Source: Balanoglossus misakiensis (taxonomy: Eukaryota > Animalia > Hemichordata). Taken from it: a DNA stretch of 64,000 bases. The translations under genes and the position numbers were made by a program. Location: the NCBI GenBank assembly GCA_040954595.2, contig CM082577.2, forward strand, positions 10,894,537 to 10,958,536. Reading direction: 5' to 3'. Position 1 is the first letter of the stretch; every line of letters begins with the position of its first letter. Positions 1 to 14,371 of this stretch are shown piece after piece. Below the pieces are notes generated by a model. It searched no databases, was not told the DNA's origin, and saw only the letters and a list, made by a program, of their open reading frames with translations.

Positions 1-876
1 TTGGAAATTAATAAATATCGCCGTATTTATTCTGTGTACGTTTGCATTTCTTTTTTTAGCCCTTAAAATATTCGCATTGTTTGAAATCCTCCGTTATTCA
101 GTCGGAAATTGTACACGTCCACTGGTTCTTCGGCGCGTCGCGCGTCCATCGAATAACACGATACATTATCAGTAATAATGTATAGCTATGACGTCACAAA
201 ATTCACTTGTATTGATAAAGCTATAATATAATATCTAGTACATTTTCCTCATTAATGCAGCATTGACTGATACGATGTCCCAGTCAGAGATGAAAATTTA
301 GCAGGCCTCATAAATCAGTCATGATGACGCCAACTTGGTACCAGTTCAGATAGGACAATGTCTTGTTTTCTTTGCAACCAAAAATCTTTGTCAGGGAGAA
401 GAACTTTTGTATATTTATAGTGAAATGTATTTTGATAGCTCATAGACATACCATAAACCAAGTTTGTACAGCACAACTGCCCAAATGTATATTTATTTGT
501 CAGTTCAAGTTATTTTGTGTATGTGTCAAGTAATGAATGCTGGTGACTGATTTCCCTAGAGAGACTATTAAATATTCATGTTCAAACGATGATAAAATTA
601 CATGTCATTTCGCTGCAGAGACACTTCTGACCACCTAAACCTATTATGCCACATGTCATTCTGGGTGTAAATTGACCAGATTATAAGGGAGTTTGAACAT
701 TTTAAATAACATCTTCTCAGCCCAATTTGACTATAAATACATACCGGTGGTCAATAATGGGACACTCTCACACATTCGCTTCGCCTGTCCATTAAATTGA
801 TTACATTCATTGCATCTTGGGTAAACACTGTCATTTGATCTTGCTTGGCAGAAGTCAACTTGCTCTATACTACGGT

Positions 877-1098
877 ATGGCGGCAAAGCTCAACGGCATC
901 TCAGATAATGCCAAGGAGCGTTTGAGCGCCAGAAGGAGTCGCGTTTCCGGCGACTGTGTGCTCTGGACGGGTGCAGCTTGTCGAAACGGTTATGGGTCAA
1001 TTACTTTCAAAGATGAGAACACTCTAACCGCCTATGTCCATCAAATTGCACTCATAACGGAGTGCATTAATTGGTGGGCAGGCAGTTTGAAGTTTCTC
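877..1098 (+). pseudogene. Truncated HNH / His-Me finger endonuclease-like ORF
   Basis: MAAKL...GDCVLWTGAACRNGYGSITF...AYVHQIAL matches the CxLWTG..NGYG.I...YVH pattern of HNH endonucleases. FEVS follows in a shifted frame, but the SHLCH/CxxxxH core is missing. Confidence 0.6.
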
Positions 1099-1103
1099 CG
1101 GCA

Positions 1104-2210
1104 ATGGCTTTTGTCAAATTCGTTGATGGGACAGTAGCCATTGTTCCAAAAACGATAGTAGTCCCCGGAGAAGTTTCTGTGACTAACACAATTTCAGTAA
1201 AATGGTACGACAATAAGGAGTATGAAGCAACTGTCTTGATGACTTCAGGTAATGGCATGTTTTCATTTGTAAAATGTTTTATTTTCTTATTTCAGGTGGT
1301 TTTAGAAGACATTTCATTTTAAATATTATCATGAATTTGTCTAAAATTCGTAACCTCTTACAAGCACTTAAAAACGAAAAATGTTGATCTGCACAAGCAA
1401 CGTTAAAACATAAATATTTTGTATTCCAAAAGTACTGACTATTTTTTAAAAGATGTTTTGAATACAAATAATTAAAGGCACGTAAGCTGTAACTTTTGGG
1501 ATAATTTTCATAATTTTTGTTTCACACTGCACTACCATTAGTCCATGCAGATGAAGGCAGTGAACTATTCACAAGCATTATAAACCCTAAATATGAGTGC
1601 ATATGCAAGTTTTAACCAGATGAATAATAAAGCTTTGCCGCAAGCGATTATGGCTGCCACCGTGGGAAAATGCAAGAAACAATGAAAATGTCGCATTTCC
1701 GGTTGTGAAACTTCATAAACAAAACATGATCTCATCCACTTGAGCTCGAGGAGGTAAATGTACACCGCTGAGACATCAGATTTTCATTTTTCATTGCAAT
1801 ATTGCACTTTTTTAAAAATTTCAGGAATTTTCGTTTTTCTTTAATTTTTGACCATTTTGTCATAAATAAGTGTTGAGCTTGATATATTCTCATGAAATAG
1901 CATTTAATAGACATAATTAAAAGCATATATGAGATTATTTAAAACTTTAATTTTTTATCCAGTTGCAGCTTACGTGCCTTTAAGCCATATTGCCTTTGAA
2001 ACCGTTACATTTCAAACTTTGCCAATGCGTTGATTGATCAAATATTTTTTTTAAACGAGTGGACACCAAATTTTGAAAGCTTTGTCATTTGGTGAAATGT
2101 TAATAACGATATGAAATTCTCTATCGCCCTAGAAACAGATGACAAGACGGAACTGGGAAACTTTGAGAGGGAGTTTCTGAAGAAGAAAAAAGAGCAGGAA
2201 GAAACGCAAG
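1104..2210 (+). pseudogene. First two exons of a putative BEN-domain gene (1104-1248, 2133-2210)
   Basis: MAFVKFVDGTVAIVP...VKWYDNKEYEATVLMTSG|gt resembles the N-terminus of invertebrate BEN-domain proteins. It splices in phase 1 to ETDDKTELGNFEREFLKKKKEQEETQ. Confidence 0.4.
1476..1979. mobile_element. Non-autonomous DNA transposon (MITE), Kolobok-type ends
   Basis: TIR AGGCACGTAAGCTG...CAGCTTACGTGCCT, with TTAA on both sides (1472-1475, 1980-1983). Confidence 0.85.
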
Positions 2211-2499
2211 GTGCTCAGCGAAAAACAAACTCAATGTTTAACTTTTTGCCAACTGAGCTTGTTAAGGGGTGACTATAGGATATCAAGTTATATCAGACAA
2301 AGAATCGTCGTTATGAAGAGCACTGGACTGAAGAGCAGTGTCATTTGTCAGAAGACAGCTGCGGAATGAAGTCAAAATAACCGCAAGAAAGCTATCAACC
2401 AGTTCGTATAACATTGGACCCTACACGGCAAAAGAACTAAGCCACAAAAATTGAGAATACCCCCAATTTAACTTCATTGGTCAGTGCATGTTCAGAAAT

Positions 2500-5290
2500 C
2501 GAGAGATGACAGCCCCAGAGTTGGCCTTGTCTATCCTACACATTAATTTGATATATGATTCAGACAAGACTGTAATAAGATAGATTGGCAACTGAAATCA
2601 ACGAAGTACTGCCAGATCAAAAGCCAAGCATGTACAATAGTGCATTGATATGATGAGGACCAACGAAGATTTTCCAAATGCCGGCAGTGTACCAGGTATG
2701 TATTACTAGAAATATGATCTGTCTTCATGGCGGTGAAGGAGACAAACAAGTATACGGCATATCACCAGCCATATATCCCAAAGAGAATCGACTCTGAGTG
2801 GCGAGCCACATGTTACAGAGAGATGCAGCCTCTCTGGGCATTGTCATCATCATGGGCCTTGACCGTAAGCATGCTGTGGCCAACTATTGGTCAAGCAACA
2901 TTTTTCCTGCATAATGTTGGCATATTGTCAGCCATGACCCGTCAACGCTAATATAGGTTGATGCGGTATTTCCACTTGGCCGACCCCCAGGAGAATCGAA
3001 GATGACAAACCCATGGATGGAGCCCCTTAGACAGTTGCATTCGTAACTGCCAGATGGAACAGGAAATCTCCATCAATGAAGGCATGGTAAAATTCAAAGG
3101 ACGTTCAAAATTCAAACAGAGGCTTCCCCACAAGCCAGACAGAGACGGCTTTAAGATATATGTGGCTAACTGTTCTCCCTACCTGGGGGTAAAGTACCTG
3201 GACAGCAGTTACGGGAAGAAACAAGAGAGGGGAGCATGGTGAAAAAATATCAATAGAACTTGTTCAACCGTTCTGCGGGTACAAAGTACTACATCCTCTT
3301 CTGTGACAGGGTCTTCACATTAACTGTCTAACTGCGAGAGAACTCAAGGAGCTAGATGGGCATGTACCTGACAGGAAGCTTCAACCGATGTATCCGTCAG
3401 AGTTTGCCGCCCATGCTTATCCCCCCGGGGAAAATAAGAAACTTCCGCTGAAGGTCAGTGAAATGAAGGCAGCTACCAGAGTCGATTGCCGAATCAACCT
3501 GACAGTTTATCAGGACAGTAATGCAAAGGTGTTGTCCACATACTCTGCCAGCACAAGATAGTCCCGAGTTCAAAATGTATGGAGAAGCAGCAGTAAAGGT
3601 ATTGGCTGGCCAGTTTCTTGCAAGCCCGGACGACCAAAAATATGACAAACCACTGGCAGAATGGGAAAGTTGAAATATGATCTGTCTTCATGGCGGTGAA
3701 GGAGACGAACAAGTATACGGCAAATCACCAGCCGTATATCCCAAAGAGAATCGACTCTGAGTGGCGAGCCACATGTTACCGAGAGATGCAAGCCTCTCTG
3801 GGCATTGTCATCATCATGGGCCTTGACCATAAGCATGCTGTGGCCAACTATAGGTCAAGCAACATTTTTCCTGCATAATGTCAGTCATGACTCGTCAACA
3901 CTAACATAGGTTGATGCGGTATTTCCACTTGGCCGACCCCCAGAAGGATTCAAGACGAGACCCTGACCCGAACAGACGGTTACGCCATTGTCAAGAGGAT
4001 CCATTTTAAGTTAACCCAGGGATGGAGCCCGTTAGACAGTTGCATTCATAACTACCAGATGGATTAGGAAATCTCCATCATGGTAAAATTCAAAAGACGT
4101 TACAAATTCAAACAGAGGCTTTCGCACAGAGACGGGTTTAAGATATGGCAGTTTGCCGACTCATCCTATGTGGCTAACTTTTCTCCATACCTGGGGGTAA
4201 AGTACCTGGACAGCAGTTACGGGAAGAAACAAGAGAGGGGAGCATGGCGGAAAAAAAATAACGATAGAACTTGTTCAACCATTCTGCGGGTACAACCACC
4301 TCTTCTGTGACAGCGTCTTCACATTAACTGTCATAACTGCAAGAGAACTGGAGATGGGCATGTACCTGACAAGAAGCTTCAACCGAGGTAACTGTCAGAG
4401 TTTGCGGCCCATGCTTATCCCCCCCCCCCCCTCCCCCGGGAAAAAATAAGAAGCTTCCGCTTAAGGTCGGTGAAATGAAGGCAGCTACCCGGGAATCAAG
4501 CTGACAGCTTACCAGGACAGTAATGCACAGGAGTTGATCCTGAACACCGTTTACCCACTGCTTGACACGGAGACAGTTGGCAGTGGTGAGGAAGAGAGAA
4601 ATGTGCCCCTGAGTTTGACAAAGTACCGTCATTTCATGGGAGGCGTTGACCGCGCTTACCACTGTGGGTGAAAGAATAACAGCTGGTGGGTTTACATGGC
4701 CTGGTGGATATAGCATTAGTGAATGCTTACGTATGTTTCAAAGATCTTAATCCCCACAGCTGAAGCACCAGTTCTTCAACCTGCGTGTTGGGAAGGCTAG
4801 CTCATTGGCAGATTTACCTGTCAAGGCCAAGGCAACATACAGGAAATGAGCATAACGTTACCTCGTTCAAACTCTTTCTGCAGTTGTTGGGAAAGGAACT
4901 GACCGTGCATGCAATGCTGGATCCGGCTCAAGGTATGTCTCAAGACATGGTCACAGGTAACCTTACATGTATGTTCACTCTCCCTAATCCCCAGGAGACT
5001 ACATGGCCAAGGTTGACCCCTGGGGATTCCCATTCCTCTTACTTGTATGACACTAGACTCCCCTTTGGTACAAGGCTATCCCCCAGCATTTTCTATAGGT
5101 TGACCCAAAGCGTCAGGATCTACCTCTTTCGTTTTCACGGGGAAACATACCCGAGCTTGTCGCCGGTAGATTTGGCAAAAGACCTGCAAGCTATGCAGCA
5201 GTGAAGGCAAGAGGGCCCTTCCTGGACAGCGCTCACAGACGACGATGGGATGTGCGCTCTGCCAAGTGCACTTACATCCAGGTGAATGAT
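2500..5290 (+). mobile_element. Degenerate piggyBac (PGBD4-like) transposase with an internal ~960-bp tandem duplication
   Basis: Motifs VKETNKY, LGIVIIMGL, MRYFHLAD, EISINEGMVKFKGRSKFKQRLPHKPDRDGFKI and a C-terminal CALCQVHLH (~5250). Copies start at 2709 and 3672. Many stops and frameshifts. Confidence 0.85.
5030..5117 (+). mobile_element. DIRS-type retrotransposon reverse-transcriptase fragment inside the piggyBac relic
   Basis: YLYDTRLPFGTRLSPSIFYRLTQSVR matches the LPFG.R.SP.IF..LT motif of DIRS/Ngaro RTs. Confidence 0.6.
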
Positions 5291-6938
5291 TTGATTCATT
5301 TCACCACCAGATGTTGTACATTACAAGGAAAGCGGAGGATACATGCAGCTCCTTGAACGAGATGTGCAAGTTCAGTGGGGACAGGACAAGCCCCCCGGCG
5401 TAGTTTCAGAAACACAGACCATACCTAAATTACCCCCCTCTCGAGAGGGTGACATGGGCTTGTTTGTGTGGACAAGTTAGTTTCTTTTTTCTGTGGACAC
5501 CCCTAAATTATACCCTTGCGTAGGGTTACGAGGTGCCCATAGCTCTAACTATGAAACAGTCAAGCTTGCAGAAGCCAACAATATTTATCTATACATATTC
5601 CTGCCAAATGTCTCTCATCTAATGCAACTCTGCATCATACATGCAAGTTTACTTTTGGCAAAGACTCTTTAGAAGTCAACAGTGATTATATATATTTAGG
5701 TTCAGTTTTCAATTGTAATGGGAATTTTTAAGACAAGCAAGTCACCCAAGCTAGACTTGCCATGTTCAGTCTAAAAGCTAAGGCATTGCATCCTTCCAAT
5801 AGATATACAGTGTGAATATTTTGATGTGTTGGCAAACTCTCATACATTTGTATGGGGGTGAGAAACAAATTAAAATATTTTACCCCGCCGACCATTCACT
5901 GCATGTTGCCAGGTCACCCCCTGTATCATTATCAGACAACACCCAAAAAGAAATACCCTAACTACCTCGGCAGTTGGGATGTTTTCTGGTGCCACCCTGA
6001 CAAATTGCAAGTTGATAAACAGCATTGGAGCGTCGAGTGTCGAGTAGCACGGCCTGCAGTCAACAGGTCGAGTGAAAGAGGAAGCGACAACTGTTCATTA
6101 TTACAGACAGCAGCGATGACAAGCACCTATGCGGGGAAATGCCATTTTATTCTCCCAGTCCCAAAGTGATGACAGTTCCCAGGATTTTCAGTAAAATTTG
6201 ACCATGAACTCTTGTTGTTTTCAATATTTCAGCTGCATGAAGTATATTTTTTGGTTTCCACACCACAACCTATGTGGGTTTTTTTTTTATAAAAGTTTGC
6301 ATTTAGATTTAAAACTGACAGGTTATTAATATAAATATTAAACAGTTATTAATATAAATATTAAACAATGAGTTTATTGCTCTAGTGTATCACAAATTTA
6401 AAATTAATATGTTGCTGGCAATTTCTTTTTGAAAAAGTCAATGAAAATATTCAGTTGTTCCATATTGTTGCACTACCGGTATGTTGGTTGTCAACAATGA
6501 GACCACGCTGCCCGTAAAATAAACATTCACAAAATATGGGGAAAATTTGCACATTGACATCAAACATTGGCAAACCCTAACCACCTAAATATGTCTTTCA
6601 TTACTGCAGAACCATGGTTGGTTCCAAAAAGTCACAAATGCTGAGGCATGTTTGCACCAGCTGTCTCTTTATCTATCACCAATTCTGCAATTTACTCAAT
6701 GTCCATGATAGTTACATCACAGGGAAAGTTGAAATGAAATATTGCACACACATGAATTATTTGCCTAAAGATAACTACTTCGTTTGTTTTATTGTGATTA
6801 TCGAGTACAGTACCGTACATTTAAGTAAAGCACAGTTCAGTTTGTTTAAATCAGGAATTTAAAGACACTACGATTGAGTGATCGAAATCATGCTTATTTT
6901 GATGCACCCCTGTTGTCATCAAGATAGTTGACCCAAAT

Positions 6939-7975
6939 TAGGCAACGTAAAAATTGCAGTAGAAGTATGCTTCACCGAAGCGAGGAATTTCCTCGACACA
7001 ATTTCCACCAGACATGGAAGTGATAACTGGTTTGAATGGAACCCAAGAAAAGGGGCCAGTGAATGCGCTGTGACACACTGTTTCCTGGAATCAAAAGAAA
7101 CCATACAAGACATGAATGTTCCATATGCAGGCAGATAATAAAGATACATGCCATGTCAATCTTGAGCGATAATTGGAGTGTTTACCAAAGTGATCTAAAC
7201 ACCTAATTTTCCACACATATTTCCTGTATGACAAACTTGGAAATCCAGCTTTGCCAGATCGACCATTAATAAGTGAATAGTGAAAAAAGCATCAACTGAC
7301 ATGTGAAAATTTGAGAACACTGTACATCTGTTTCAGCCAAATGTCCAGAATAAAAAAACACACGAGAAGCCATGCCTGGTCACTGACGCACATACCTTAC
7401 AATGCCAAAGACCAATTCCGTTGGCATAGTCTATCACATCACAATGCTGACAAATTGAAATCAACTCCTTTCCATCCCCAGGGCCCTGTATTGGATAGAT
7501 GCATTACAAGATTACTAGTATGTATCTTGTTCCAAGTTTTTGTAAATTTGTCACCTCTGATATTACATGTATACAGAACTGCACGTCTTATCTGATATGT
7601 GTCCTACAAACATTATGCATAGATAAAGTCCAGACTGCATGACCATCAGTGGATGCATCCATACAGTCAAAGACTTACCATATCAATGACATCAGAGCGG
7701 TTCTGGCCAGACAACAGAACAACTAAATAGTGCACGTCACTCTTGAACTGCATAGCGATTGTAGCCGAGCTCCGCCTCCTTTCCTCCACAAGCCCGTCCC
7801 TAACTTCCTTCGCTTTGGCCACCAGCTCTGATGTACACTGGTGCGCTATGTTGCAGTCTAAGTAGTAAATTCCGTCGTTTACGTCAATCTGGCATTTATC
7901 GCAATATTGATCCTTGTCGTCGTGTTCTTTTATCAGCAGGGCGCTACTCCCATGTATCGACAGTAACACGGCCAC
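6939..7975 (-). pseudogene. Unidentified spliced coding-like segments
   Basis: The 102-aa ORF ends at a GTAAGT donor (~7678). A 90-nt AG/GT-bounded exon (~7396-7485) continues in phase, then a further segment ~6939-7084. No family recognised. Confidence 0.25.
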
Positions 7976-10900
7976 TGTTGCAACTAGAAACCGTGGAAGT
8001 GTCTAAAATAGAACACAGACAACTTAATAAAATCAATCCATCTCCCCTACGTTTGAAAAGGTGTACTATTATGCATATTCATTGGACAATTTTGTATTAA
8101 ATACTTCTTATTCTTTTAGATCGGTATGCAGATGGACAGCCCTACAAGAAATGTTTATATCCGTTTTCCAGTCCAGTTGTTATTTTACATCCACTACGCC
8201 CTATTCACTTGTCACATCCACACACAAAAAGTATCAACCTGAAGATGAGTTATCATACAAGTCAAACATGAAAACCTTTGTGGGATATAATCTGATCCTG
8301 TTGAAAATACACTTACCATATTGTTCATGTCAGGAACGACTACACACTGTAAGCTTTGTCCTCGCTTTCTTGCAACAAAGTGCGTTGTAACTTTATTATT
8401 ATACATATAAAACGTATTTTAATCAGGTCAAATAAACTATTTTTGTATGGCCTCTTCTCGTTAGGAAAGATGAGGTCGTGATAGTCATATTAAAACATAT
8501 GCAGCTTTTTATTTGAAAATTAAACTTGCCACAGTCACATGTGGATGGGTCATTTGACACAGCATTAACGTTTGGGAACTATTTGACAATTCAAATGTAA
8601 TTAATTGTAAAAAAGCATATTTGCAATTGCTGAAAATAACTAAGCTAAGTGATTTTACCATTTCACGACTTGGAGTTTATACCTAAAGAATACAGTTAAC
8701 AGTCTGTTTGACTTATTGAATAATTCAATCATCCTATTCGTTGCAGTTTGTTACTTTTCACCATAAATATGAAGACTCTTTGAATCTTTAATTTTCACCC
8801 AGCTGGGCTGCATCACTGTATCGACAGTACCCGCATCTTCCATCACCTGTGATGCATTACAGCTCACACCGGCCTCAACTTTATTATAATTTCAGTAAAA
8901 TTAGAACCTGGTGGCATCATATTGCTGCGTGAACAGAACAGAGCAGCTCACATTATCTGGGCTTTTTCATATGCATACCATCATAGAAGCACCTTGCAGA
9001 AGGTTTAAAATAGTAGCGTTGAGCCAAATATTCCTATTTTATAAGAAAAATTACATTAACTGCAGTCAGAACAAGGTCTGTTTGTGCATTGCACGCTAAA
9101 TGTTTTATGCAGGCAAGTCCATTTTGGTATTAAATTTGATAAAATGCACACCAAAATTTACAGTCTGCACCTTGCACTACTCTGCAAAATTCCACCACAT
9201 TCCCTGACAAACAAGATGTTGTCTCCAAAAATGTTACATATCCATGGTAAATCCTATTGAGCATAATTTCAGATCTCAATATATACAGCAATATGCTCTC
9301 CGTTTTATGACAGGAAACAGACCAGAAAGTGACTGTTCTGGTCCTCGATGTTGATTGGCTGAATATTAATACATTTGGATCAGCACGACAAAAACAGTTC
9401 TATAAAATTATTATTAGAAATATACAAGAATGGTAACATTTATTTTTGAAAATTGTGTTACTATTTTACTGCATTTGCCAGAATGGATATGCAACATGCG
9501 ATCGTGTCAGAGCATTAAATTCTAGACATGAGAGTTTGGAAAAACTAGAAAGTGAAAGAAGCGATAAAGAATCCAAACAAAAGCGAAAGAAAGCTGATCA
9601 AAACAAGACAAGTAAAAAACAAGCAGAAAGCATTGTTAGTGAAAGAAACGTGCAGATGGATTTGGAATCACTGGACACCATTGATGCCTACTATGGACAA
9701 TTGGATAGCCAATCAACAAGCATGCCAGCAGTGAACCACATGTAGTCAACAAGATACATGCACAGGTAATCACACTACCAGCCCTGAGATTCCCTTGCTA
9801 CACAAGAAAGAAATGACAACAAACTTATATTGGAACTATCCAAAGCACGACCGAGGAAGGTTGTCTTAATTAAGAGAACACCCAAATACACCAGATGCAC
9901 TCACTGACACGTGAAGTAAGCTACAACCAACCTGACCACAAACATGCAAATGTCTCTTGAAATCAAAAACACAAACATTCCATGCCAACCACACCACCCT
10001 GCAAACTTTCCTTTCTGACATACACAAGCAACCTTGAAGACTTCTTCCTTGACTTGACTGACCCTCTTGAGCTAACACACACACCCTCCAATTACTGTCC
10101 CTTCCATCACTCATGCAACCACACGTTCTCAAAAAAAGTTACAGGCCACACAGTGAAAATATATTTTGTATTTTCAATAGAAAGTGCCTAATACAGGTGT
10201 TGTGTATGATGACTGATATTAATACATGTACTGAAATGCGACAAAGAAACTCTACTTTTACCTTTAAATATGTTAATAGTACTGATGTGTCTGCATTTAG
10301 GGACTGTCCAGTTTTTATGGCGGGGTGGGTGGTGGGTGTCATCGGTTTCAAAATAAGGCAGAACCCCCCCCCCCTCCCAAAAAAAAAAAATTAACAAAAA
10401 AATTAACAAAAAAAAAAAAATTAACAAAAACATATCAGATATTTACATCATCTGCTTGAAACTGGAATATTTACTGGACAGGCAAAGGAGGAAATTATGT
10501 AGAATTTATGAAGAACACAAATTATTTACAATATGCCAGGGAAGGGGGATGATGATGACAAAATTGATGGTGATACAAGGGAGTTGTGTTATGCTTTAGA
10601 TTCCAAATTAACCCCCCCCCCCCCCCCCCCGATATGAGGAGTACAATTGTGCAATTAATGATTCTTACGGCTTGGTTATTGACTTTAAGGATAATGCATC
10701 ACTTGATATCATGATTTTCACTTTTGTATTGTAATACACACTCAGACAACCTTTATAGAAGAACAGTCTGAATAGAGAAACAACATGTCATTCATTCCGT
10801 TCCCGATGCACTATTATCACATTAATTATTTTATACAGCTGCCACTGATGAACCTGAAGGCTGAATGTATGTACCATAAAACAATGCAGCATTCATAAGC

Positions 10901-11195
10901 TAACTTGGGAACGAGGCTGCTGGAGGGGTTAGCGCCCTCTGGCGGTTTGTAGAAATGGCATTCTCTTTCTCCTATGTGGGCTGCCAGATAGGTACGTATT
11001 TCGATTGCTCCAGTTTTCAATCGCCATCCACATTTATCAACAAAATACACATGTATATATTAAATGGTCGACATCTGTGGAAGGTTAATGGGTTATAGTT
11101 TGTCTTGGATTGCTCTACTCATCAGTTGCTCAGCTACATATGTATTTTCATGCATAAATTCACTATTCACATTCTCCACCCCCCCCCCCCCCCAG

Positions 11196-11428
11196 ATTAA
11201 TTAAAGATCATTCTGTCATCTGCCGAGCAGACTATACCACCAGACCATGAAGTAGGATCAAAAGTAGCTGTTCCTAAACAATGGCTGCCACAGTTCCTTG
11301 GAAAAGTGAAAGGAAAAAGTAAATAAAGAAACTGATGGATGGTTTACTTGAACCAGAGGAATTGGCTGGGAAGAACTCTTCAGCTTTCAAAGGAACAGAC
11401 AAGGAGCACTTGATTGAGGTAATCCACA
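11196..11428 (+). pseudogene. BEN-domain-like exon (degenerate)
   Basis: EVGSKVAVPKQWLPQFLGKVK...KKLMDGLLEPEELAGKNSS...HLIEVIH|gtaagt resembles the BEN consensus (R.LM..LF..EELA). AG/GT bounded, with an internal frameshift. Confidence 0.5.
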
Positions 11429-12241
11429 GTAAGTATATATATATACATTTTACTAGTATCTGTTATGTGTACACTCACTATATAGTTTGCTATGCCAGTA
11501 AAAAAATACAAATCAATGCTAAATGTTTTGTCATGACAATATATTAGGTATTCAGATGTCTGGAAGTTTGTGTTGAAACAGTGCAAGTTTCAAAAGCACA
11601 AAGCAACCAAGTTCTCACATTGTATGTATAACTAGCTATTCTTCCACTGACAAATTCTGATATCTTTTTGTCCAGTAAATATGTTCGTGGACTGTGAATC
11701 CTTTTCATCTGTCCACTGTCTATGACTTTCTCTATCATTTTATAAACTTTTTCTTCAGCAAGTTTGTGAAAAAAGAGGCATCCTTTCAAACATGTTGAAA
11801 GGGTTGAAGTATAGTGAAAGAACCAGTATGGGAAAAGTTGGCGATTTATGTATAAGACTATGATGATTTCAGGAGTCAGGTGGTAAGAATTAGGGTGGTT
11901 TTGACAAATTATGAAATTAAAGTAAAATAATGTAACACATTACAAACTCAATTAAACGTAATCTGAATAAGTGATTCAGAATGTCTTTTTGTCTTTTTAA
12001 AAATGTGATGTATTTTTTAAAATGTAAAAATACACCAACACCCAGAAAGATCAAGAAATTGAGATATGAAGAGACCAGTACAACACAACAAACAGAAGAC
12101 AATCTCTGTTCACAGAACATATGTGGTAGTGTTTCTATAGCATTGCTAGTTCACTTTTTGTTTTCAACATAACCTGGTGTTACTGTTAGAATCTTTGTTA
12201 TTTGAGACTATATATGAAAATATTTCTTAATATTTTGATAG

Positions 12242-12680
12242 GTGCCACCAAGAAACACAACTTCAAGAAAATTCAGCAAGTGGACCACAGGCGAAGATAA
12301 AGCTTTAATACAATAGCACTATATCACAGCACTAACAGTCAATTCATGTAGCCAACCACACACAACATGATGTTTTGGTCTGTCAAAATGTGCTGAGGCC
12401 GTTAGTGCCGTTTCCAAATGTGAAATATGAGAAGGTATGAAGTCCTGTTCAGCATTATCTTGATAATTGTCATTTGTGATGTTTCGAAGTGACCGACTCG
12501 TATGGTAGTATTTTTTTCAAATTTGATTTCTGTGGAAAGTGGCATCAGGTGATAAGCTAAATTGTTATTTACAATATTTTGAATATTGTGTTTTTAAGGT
12601 AACGCATGTAGGTCAAGAACACTGAATCATCAGGCAAAAACATTCAGTGTTGACGATGCATAAAACCACTTTGAGGTCAT
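12242..12680 (+). pseudogene. Myb/SANT-like exon remnants
   Basis: RKFSKWTTGEDKAL...FWS...NACRSR across two decayed exons. Confidence 0.3.
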
Positions 12681-12911
12681 TTATATTGCTGACTTTAGGT
12701 CATTTGTGGAAGACATCATGAACAAACCAGTAGGGTCACCACCTGAATCATCACTTATGGGAAGTTTCAGTCCTTTTACTAAAGGTATCACTTCATCCTC
12801 AACACCTGGAGAATTCATGGGAACTATCAAAACTATCAAAACGTCAGCAGCCAAGATTGATTATGCTGACACATTATTTACACAAGGTCATGTACAGAGG
12901 ATGACACTATA

Positions 12912-14371
12912 ATGATTCAGTCAAATCTGAAGGACATGTTTCCAGATGTAAAACTGATAAGTGGTTTTACACTCTTTGAAGCAAGTGACATCACCAGAGA
13001 TCACGAGGGCATGATACAATATGCAGATCAGAAAGAAAAGCTAGAGGAAAGTAAAAGACTGTCATCTGATATTCTGCAATATTGTATCCCACTTTCAAAA
13101 CTTAGTAAAATTTACTTGTATGCAGAGAGAGACAACGAGAATAAGAGCGAGTTTGTAACCATGTAAAATTGTTTTGATTTTCAATACTTTTAACATTTTG
13201 AACACTTTTTTTTCATCCCAGGTCTTAAGCCAGTATTATGAGTTAGACAAGGACATAGATCTCACTCTGTGAGATCTTCTAAAAAACATTGTGAAGACTG
13301 CAGACAAAGGCTATGGCAACATCTTGAAACTGGGGGTTAGCAGATCATACAAATCTCTCTAAGATGCACCAAGTACCAAGAATCTTTTCAGTTCAGAGGA
13401 AGCGAAAGTTATTGGGCGAAAAATGTACCATGGACTAAAGCTGAAGAACGCGATTGACAAGAACTTTACTTAACACATTAAAAAGGATATAGCGGTAACC
13501 AAGCCTGAAGCTGAAAAATACCTAGCACAGGAGAATGTTTTGTGCAACAGGGACTGGAAATTACTAAAATGACATGTGAAAAGCAGAGCAAAAGCAGATG
13601 CAAGAAAAGCAAACAAACAATATTAGGGACAAACAGTAACACTGGTACATATGAATTCAGCTTGCGTGAAGTAATATTTTGCCACTCATCTAGGTCTGGC
13701 AAGAAAATTCAGTTTGTGTGTGAAAATGAATCAATATTAAATGCATATTAAAGGCACTGGAGGTAAATTTTATACATCCACAGCGTATTTAGGACACAGT
13801 CATGCATCCAGCATTTACGCACATTATAATTAAAATGCTTCTAAGTGTCAACCATGTCCCTTCCATTTAAAAACTTGTATTGACAAGTCTTATTTTGGCT
13901 TCTCAATATTCAGATTGTGTGAGGTTTCTCAGCACTGGGTAGGGTGAAGACTCAGGCATGCAACAGACTGTCAGAGAAGATTTTGAGGTGTTGGCTTTTG
14001 TTCACGATCGAAGGGCCAGCAATTCATCATTATGACTTCAGCAGGGCTGTGAACAAGTGGGCCACTCAGAAGACCAGGTGGATTAGTTTAGAATAGAGCA
14101 GACCCCCCCCCCCCCAAAAAAAAAATTACATGCATTCATAAAATGTGCATTTCTTAATTGCTTGTGTTATTTGTCTGTTATTTAGTATTTTTAAAAGTAA
14201 TATTGCAGTGTAAATTGTACTTAAATTTAATTGGTATTTTTTATTGTAATAAAAACAACTCTTGTAATTAATTTACCCAGGTAAACATTTGTCTCAATTA
14301 TTATTCAAATTGTTGTGTAAATTTAGGTAAATTAGTCAATACTCTATATTTTTTTCCTGGGGAGAACACTG
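12912..14371 (+). mobile_element. 3' part of a hAT (ZNF862-like) transposon with its right TIR, interrupted by other sequence
   Basis: NLKDMFPDVKLISGF (12912), then a dimerisation-domain remnant FSALGRVKTQ..NRL...AVNKWATQK (13900-14095). Ends CCTGGGGAGAACACTG at 14371, i.e. TIR CAGTGTTCTCCCCAGG. Confidence 0.65.
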
